Source: Azolla caroliniana
Taxonomy: Eukaryota > Plantae > Polypodiophyta
Direction of reading: 5' to 3'
Length of the DNA: 64,000 bases
Assembly: GCA_043228905.1 (NCBI GenBank)
Contig: JBHGNT010000005.1
Coordinates: 1,984,001 to 2,048,000 of the forward strand
The notes beneath the pieces are model-generated. The model saw nothing but the letters and a program-made list of their open reading frames with translations. It had not been told where the DNA came from and made no database searches. The position numbers and the translations under genes are program-made. Positions within the stretch are counted from its first letter, which is position 1, and each line of letters begins with the position of its first letter. Shown here piece after piece: positions 60,301 to 64,000 of this stretch.

Positions 60301-62600
60301 GAAGAAGATAATGAACTCCGAGTCGACCGGTAAGGATCGATTCTACGATGAGCAGACCCAACCGGCAAGAGACCGGTTAGCACTCGAGGAACCAGCCGGT
60401 TACAGTGAGGATACCGAACCGGCAGAAGAAGCAGTAGAGGAAGCTGAAACCGGAACCGGCCAAGACCCCGAATCGGATTCGGATGAAGAGCAAATATTGG
60501 AGCCGGTTGCCGAAAGCCAAAGACGGAGATATCCTCTCAGAGAGAGAAGGGCCCCCGGAGATTTCCGGATGCAGAGCATGTGCTGCTGACCGATGAGGGA
60601 GAGCCGGAAAGCTTCGAAGAAGCGAAGGATGACACCCACAACCGCAAATGGTTAAGTGCCATGCAGGATGAGATGGATTCCCTTTATGAGAACCGTATGT
60701 ACGAATTGGTGGAGTTACCGGAAGGAAAGCAGGCACTCCGAAACAAGTGGGTGTACAAGTTGAAACCGGGAGATGTCGGCAACCCCCCAAGATACAAAGC
60801 AAGGATTGTGGTGAAGGGGTTCCAGCAGAAGAAGGGCGTGGACTTCGATGAGATATTTGCCCCAGTAGTAAAGATGACCTCCATCTGGACGATGTTGAGT
60901 ATAGCGGCAAGCATGGACCTCGAGGTAGAGTAGCTAGACGTGAAGACGAAATTCCTTCACGGTGACCTCGAAGAGGAGATCTACATGCAGCAACCGGAAG
61001 GATTCGTGGAGAAAGGGAAGGAGCACTTGGTATGCCGGTTGAAGAAGAGCTTGTACGGACTGAAGCAGGCTCCCCGATAATGGTACTGGAAGTTCGACTC
61101 CTTCATGACCGATCAAGGGTACCACAAGACGTAGGCCGATCACTGCGTGTTTGTGAAGAAGTTCGAAGGAGGCGACTTCCTGATACTCCTTCTGTACGTG
61201 GACGACATGTTGATCGTCGGATGGAACCAAGCCAGAATACGGATGCTGAAGAAGGCTCTCGACCGAACTTTCGCGATGAAAGACTTGGGTCCGGCAAGAC
61301 AGATGTTGGGGATGCATATCATCTAGAACTGGCCAACAAAGCAACTGTGGCTGTCACAGGAGAAATATGTGACAAAGGTGCTTCAGCGGTTCAACATGTT
61401 AGAAGCGAAACCGGTCGGATCGACACTCCCGACAAACTGCAGATTATCTGGTAAGCAAAGCCCGAAGACGAAAGCAGAGAAGGCTGATATGATGAAGGTT
61501 CCATATGCCTCTGCCGTCGGGAGCTTAATGTACGCAATGGTGTGTACCCGACCGGATATAGGATACGCAGTCGAAGTGGTGAGCCGGTTTATGAGCAATC
61601 CCGGCAAGGAGCACTGGAACGCGGTCAAATGGATACTCCGGTACTTGAAGGGCACTTCAAATATGTGTCTCCGATTCGGCTTTGGAAAACCTCAACTTGA
61701 CGGTTTTACCGACTCGAACATGTCGGCTGATGTGGATACCAACTGGTCTACATTCGGGTATGTAATGACATATGTAGGGAAAGCTGTTTCGTGGCAGTCG
61801 AGGCTGCAGAAGACGGTTGTGTTGTCAACCACGGAGGCGGAGTACATGGCAGCTGTGGAAGCCGACAAGGAAATATTATGGATGAAGGACTTCATCGGAG
61901 AGCTCGGTATCCGACAAGATGAATACCGACTCTATGCGACAGTCAAAGTGCCATCCACCTTGCTAAGAATGCGGCCTACTATTCCCGGACGAAGCATATC
62001 CAGCGAAGGTATCACTGGATCCGGGAAAGAGTCGATGACCAGGAGTTCGCGCTGACGAAGATCTACACGGCCGAGAACGGGTCAGACATGCTGACCAAAG
62101 TACTGATACCCGACAAGCTGGATGCATGCCGGAAGTGGATCAGACTAGTAAGACATCCCATGCCGGAGTGAAGGGGGAGTTTGTTAGGAAACAGGTCCCT
62201 CCGGATGGGAAGTGAAAAGAACAGAGATGATGAGCAAACTCAGCCGAGGCCGAAACCGGATGTGGAGTACCCAGCTATGGAAGACCCGGTGAGAACCGAA
62301 TGACGAGTACCCGGCAAGAGCTGGATGGTGAAGACCTAGTGAGAACCAGATGTGGAGTACCTGACAACGGAAGACCCAGTGAGAACCGGATGACGTGTGC
62401 CCGGCAAGCGCTGGATGATGCAGACCCCGTGAGGAGTGCTCACCGGATGAATGGACATATTTGTAAATATGTTTCCGAGAGTTCATCGGGCCTATATTTG
62501 TAAATAGCCGAAAAGTCATATTAGTATAAATATGACTTAGGGCAAACTTAGTATTGTTGTTGTCATTTTGTTGTTGGCGCAAGATTAGAGCGCAACAGTG

Positions 62601-62676
<76 letters not shown>

Positions 62677-62945
62677 TAGAGAGAAAGAGACGAAGAGTTC
62701 GTATCTCTGTTGTAACCGCCGCCTATGGCGAAGATAGTGGACAAGAGGTCGTTGCCTCTGTGTTCATCTATTGTATATTGTTACATAGTGATAGTTAGCA
62801 GTCAGTGGACTGCCGTGGTTTTTCCTGTGTTTGGGTTTTCCACGTAAACATCCTATGTACTCTTCTCTCCATTGTGTTTTTTGTGTTTGATTCTAAGCTT
62901 GGTTGTGGCCGAGCGTTGTCCATCGGGAGCGTGTTGTTTGTGACA
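57375..62945 (+). mobile_element. Full-length decayed Ty1/copia LTR retrotransposon
   Basis: 5' LTR 57375-58097 and 3' LTR 62182-62945 (TGT...ACA). TSD CATAA at 57370-57374 and 62946-62950. PBS TGGTATCAGAGC at 58101-58112 (tRNA-iMet) and PPT AAGGGGGAG. Domain order gag (CFYCGKPGH), protease (NSGAS), integrase (LWHKRLCH, ADNGGEY), RT (YVDD), RNase H. Several stops and frameshifts. Confidence 0.97.
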
Positions 62946-62950
62946 CATAA

Positions 62951-63150
62951 GCTTTCTCCACATCTAATTGTAACATAATCAATTCTTGATGAGTGTTTTG
63001 AGCATAATCCATGGCCATTTGAACATTCAACACATTATGCAATATATTCCTACCTACAATAAAACCATATTGGGCGGGATGTATCAACTTTGGCAAATAC
63101 TTTTGTAATCTATTTGCCAAGACCTTTGTAAATATCTTATATACACCCCC
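62951..63150 (-). mobile_element. LINE reverse transcriptase remnant, part upstream of the copia insertion
   Basis: GVYKIFTKVLANRLQKYLPKLIHPAQYGFIVGRNILHNV...LQLDVEKAY is cut exactly at the CATAA TSD and resumes at 57369. Confidence 0.9.
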
Positions 63151-63209
63151 CCCCCCCCCCCCCCCCCCTTCCCCACATAAAAGAAATTGATGAAATGACT
63201 GGAGAGATG

Positions 63210-63983
63210 TGTTGGGAGACAGGTCCCTCCGGATGGGAAGGGAAACCGTATGAGGAGGACCCGGCTACGGAGAGCCGGATGGTGCAGGCCCGGTATGAAC
63301 CGGATGAGGAGTACTCGGCTACGGAGAGCCGGATGGTGCAGGCCCGATATGAACCGGATGAGGAGTACCCGGCTACGGAGAGCCGGATGATACAGACCCG
63401 GTGAAGACCGAATGAGGAGTACCCGGCTACGGAGAGCCAGATGATACAGACCCGGTGAAGACCGGATGAGGAATACCCGGCTACGGAGAGCCGGATGGTA
63501 CAGACCCGGTGAGAACCGGATGAAGAGACATATTCGTAAATATGTTTCTAAGAGCCCATCGAGGCTACATTTGTAAATAGCCGAAAAGTCATATTAGTAT
63601 AAATATGACTTAGGGCAAACTTTTAGTAACTGTTGTTGTTGTCATTTTTTCCTTGTTGGTGCAAGAAGAAGAGAGAGCACGTAATAGTGTACAGAGAGAG
63701 AGAGAGAGAGAAAGAGGTTGTTGCCTCTGTTGTAACCGCCGCGTGTGGCGAAGATCTGTGAGCACGAGGTCGTTGCCTCAGTGAACTCACTGTTGTACAT
63801 TCTCACATAGTGACAGTTTGCAGCCTGTGGGTTGCCGTGGTTTTTCCCTCTTTGGGTTTTCCACGTAAACCTCCTGTGTATCTTCCTCTCCTTTGTGTCG
63901 TGTTTTATTTCCCGTTTTCTGTGTATCATTCTACGCTCGGTTGTGGCCGAGCGTCGCGCATAAGGAACGTTGGGTTCCCGTCA
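63210..63983 (+). mobile_element. Solo LTR related to the 57375-62945 element, with an internal 54-bp tandem array
   Basis: TGTTGGGAGACAGGTCCCTCCGGATGGGAAG...CCCGTCA with TSD AGATG (63205-63209 and 63984-63988). 54-bp units start at 63246, 63300, 63354, 63408 and 63462. Shares TTTGTAAATAGCCGAAAAGTCATATTAGTATAAATATGACTTAGGGC with the other LTRs. Confidence 0.93.
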
Positions 63984-64000
63984 AGATGTCACCTTTGGAA

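Noticed and set aside
58850-61330. TAG/TAA stops at Gln codons in the copia pol as U-to-C RNA-editing targets
   Set aside because: Reverse editing in ferns is organellar. The element also has frameshifts, and methylation-driven decay explains the stops.
63145-63168. Poly-C run as a functional G-quadruplex
   Set aside because: It lies at the GG codons of a dead LINE RT and is most simply homopolymer expansion or sequencing error.
63195-63404. ORF with an 18-aa repeat (EPDEEYPATESRMVQARY), and minus-strand ORFs 57377-57775 and 62184-62744
   Set aside because: They are translations of LTR tandem arrays whose unit length is a multiple of three; there is no evidence of coding.

Overview
This is eukaryotic nuclear DNA from a land plant. 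The PPR style and transposon families suggest a fern, but that is inference. Genes: the 3' end of a BBR/BPC GAGA-binding factor, a five-exon plastid-type CBS-domain gene, three intronless-core PLS-class PPR genes with E domains and no DYW domain, a tRNA-Val(AAC), and an AR781/DUF1645-like gene. The rest is repeat-rich: a full-length but decayed Ty1/copia element nested in a LINE, a rearranged copia/PPR-pseudogene complex, two solo LTRs with target-site duplications (TSDs), several 5'-truncated LINEs, Ty3/gypsy scraps, a hAT-type MITE, a small organellar rRNA insert and many tandem duplications. The most notable signal is not in the ORF track. Two paralogous PPR genes each carry, just upstream of the called start, a decayed copy of the PDF ssDNA-binding motif of OSB proteins. 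This implies an ancestral PDF-PPR fusion protein, and in one copy the motif core appears to have become an intron. All family assignments come from motif recognition, not database searches.
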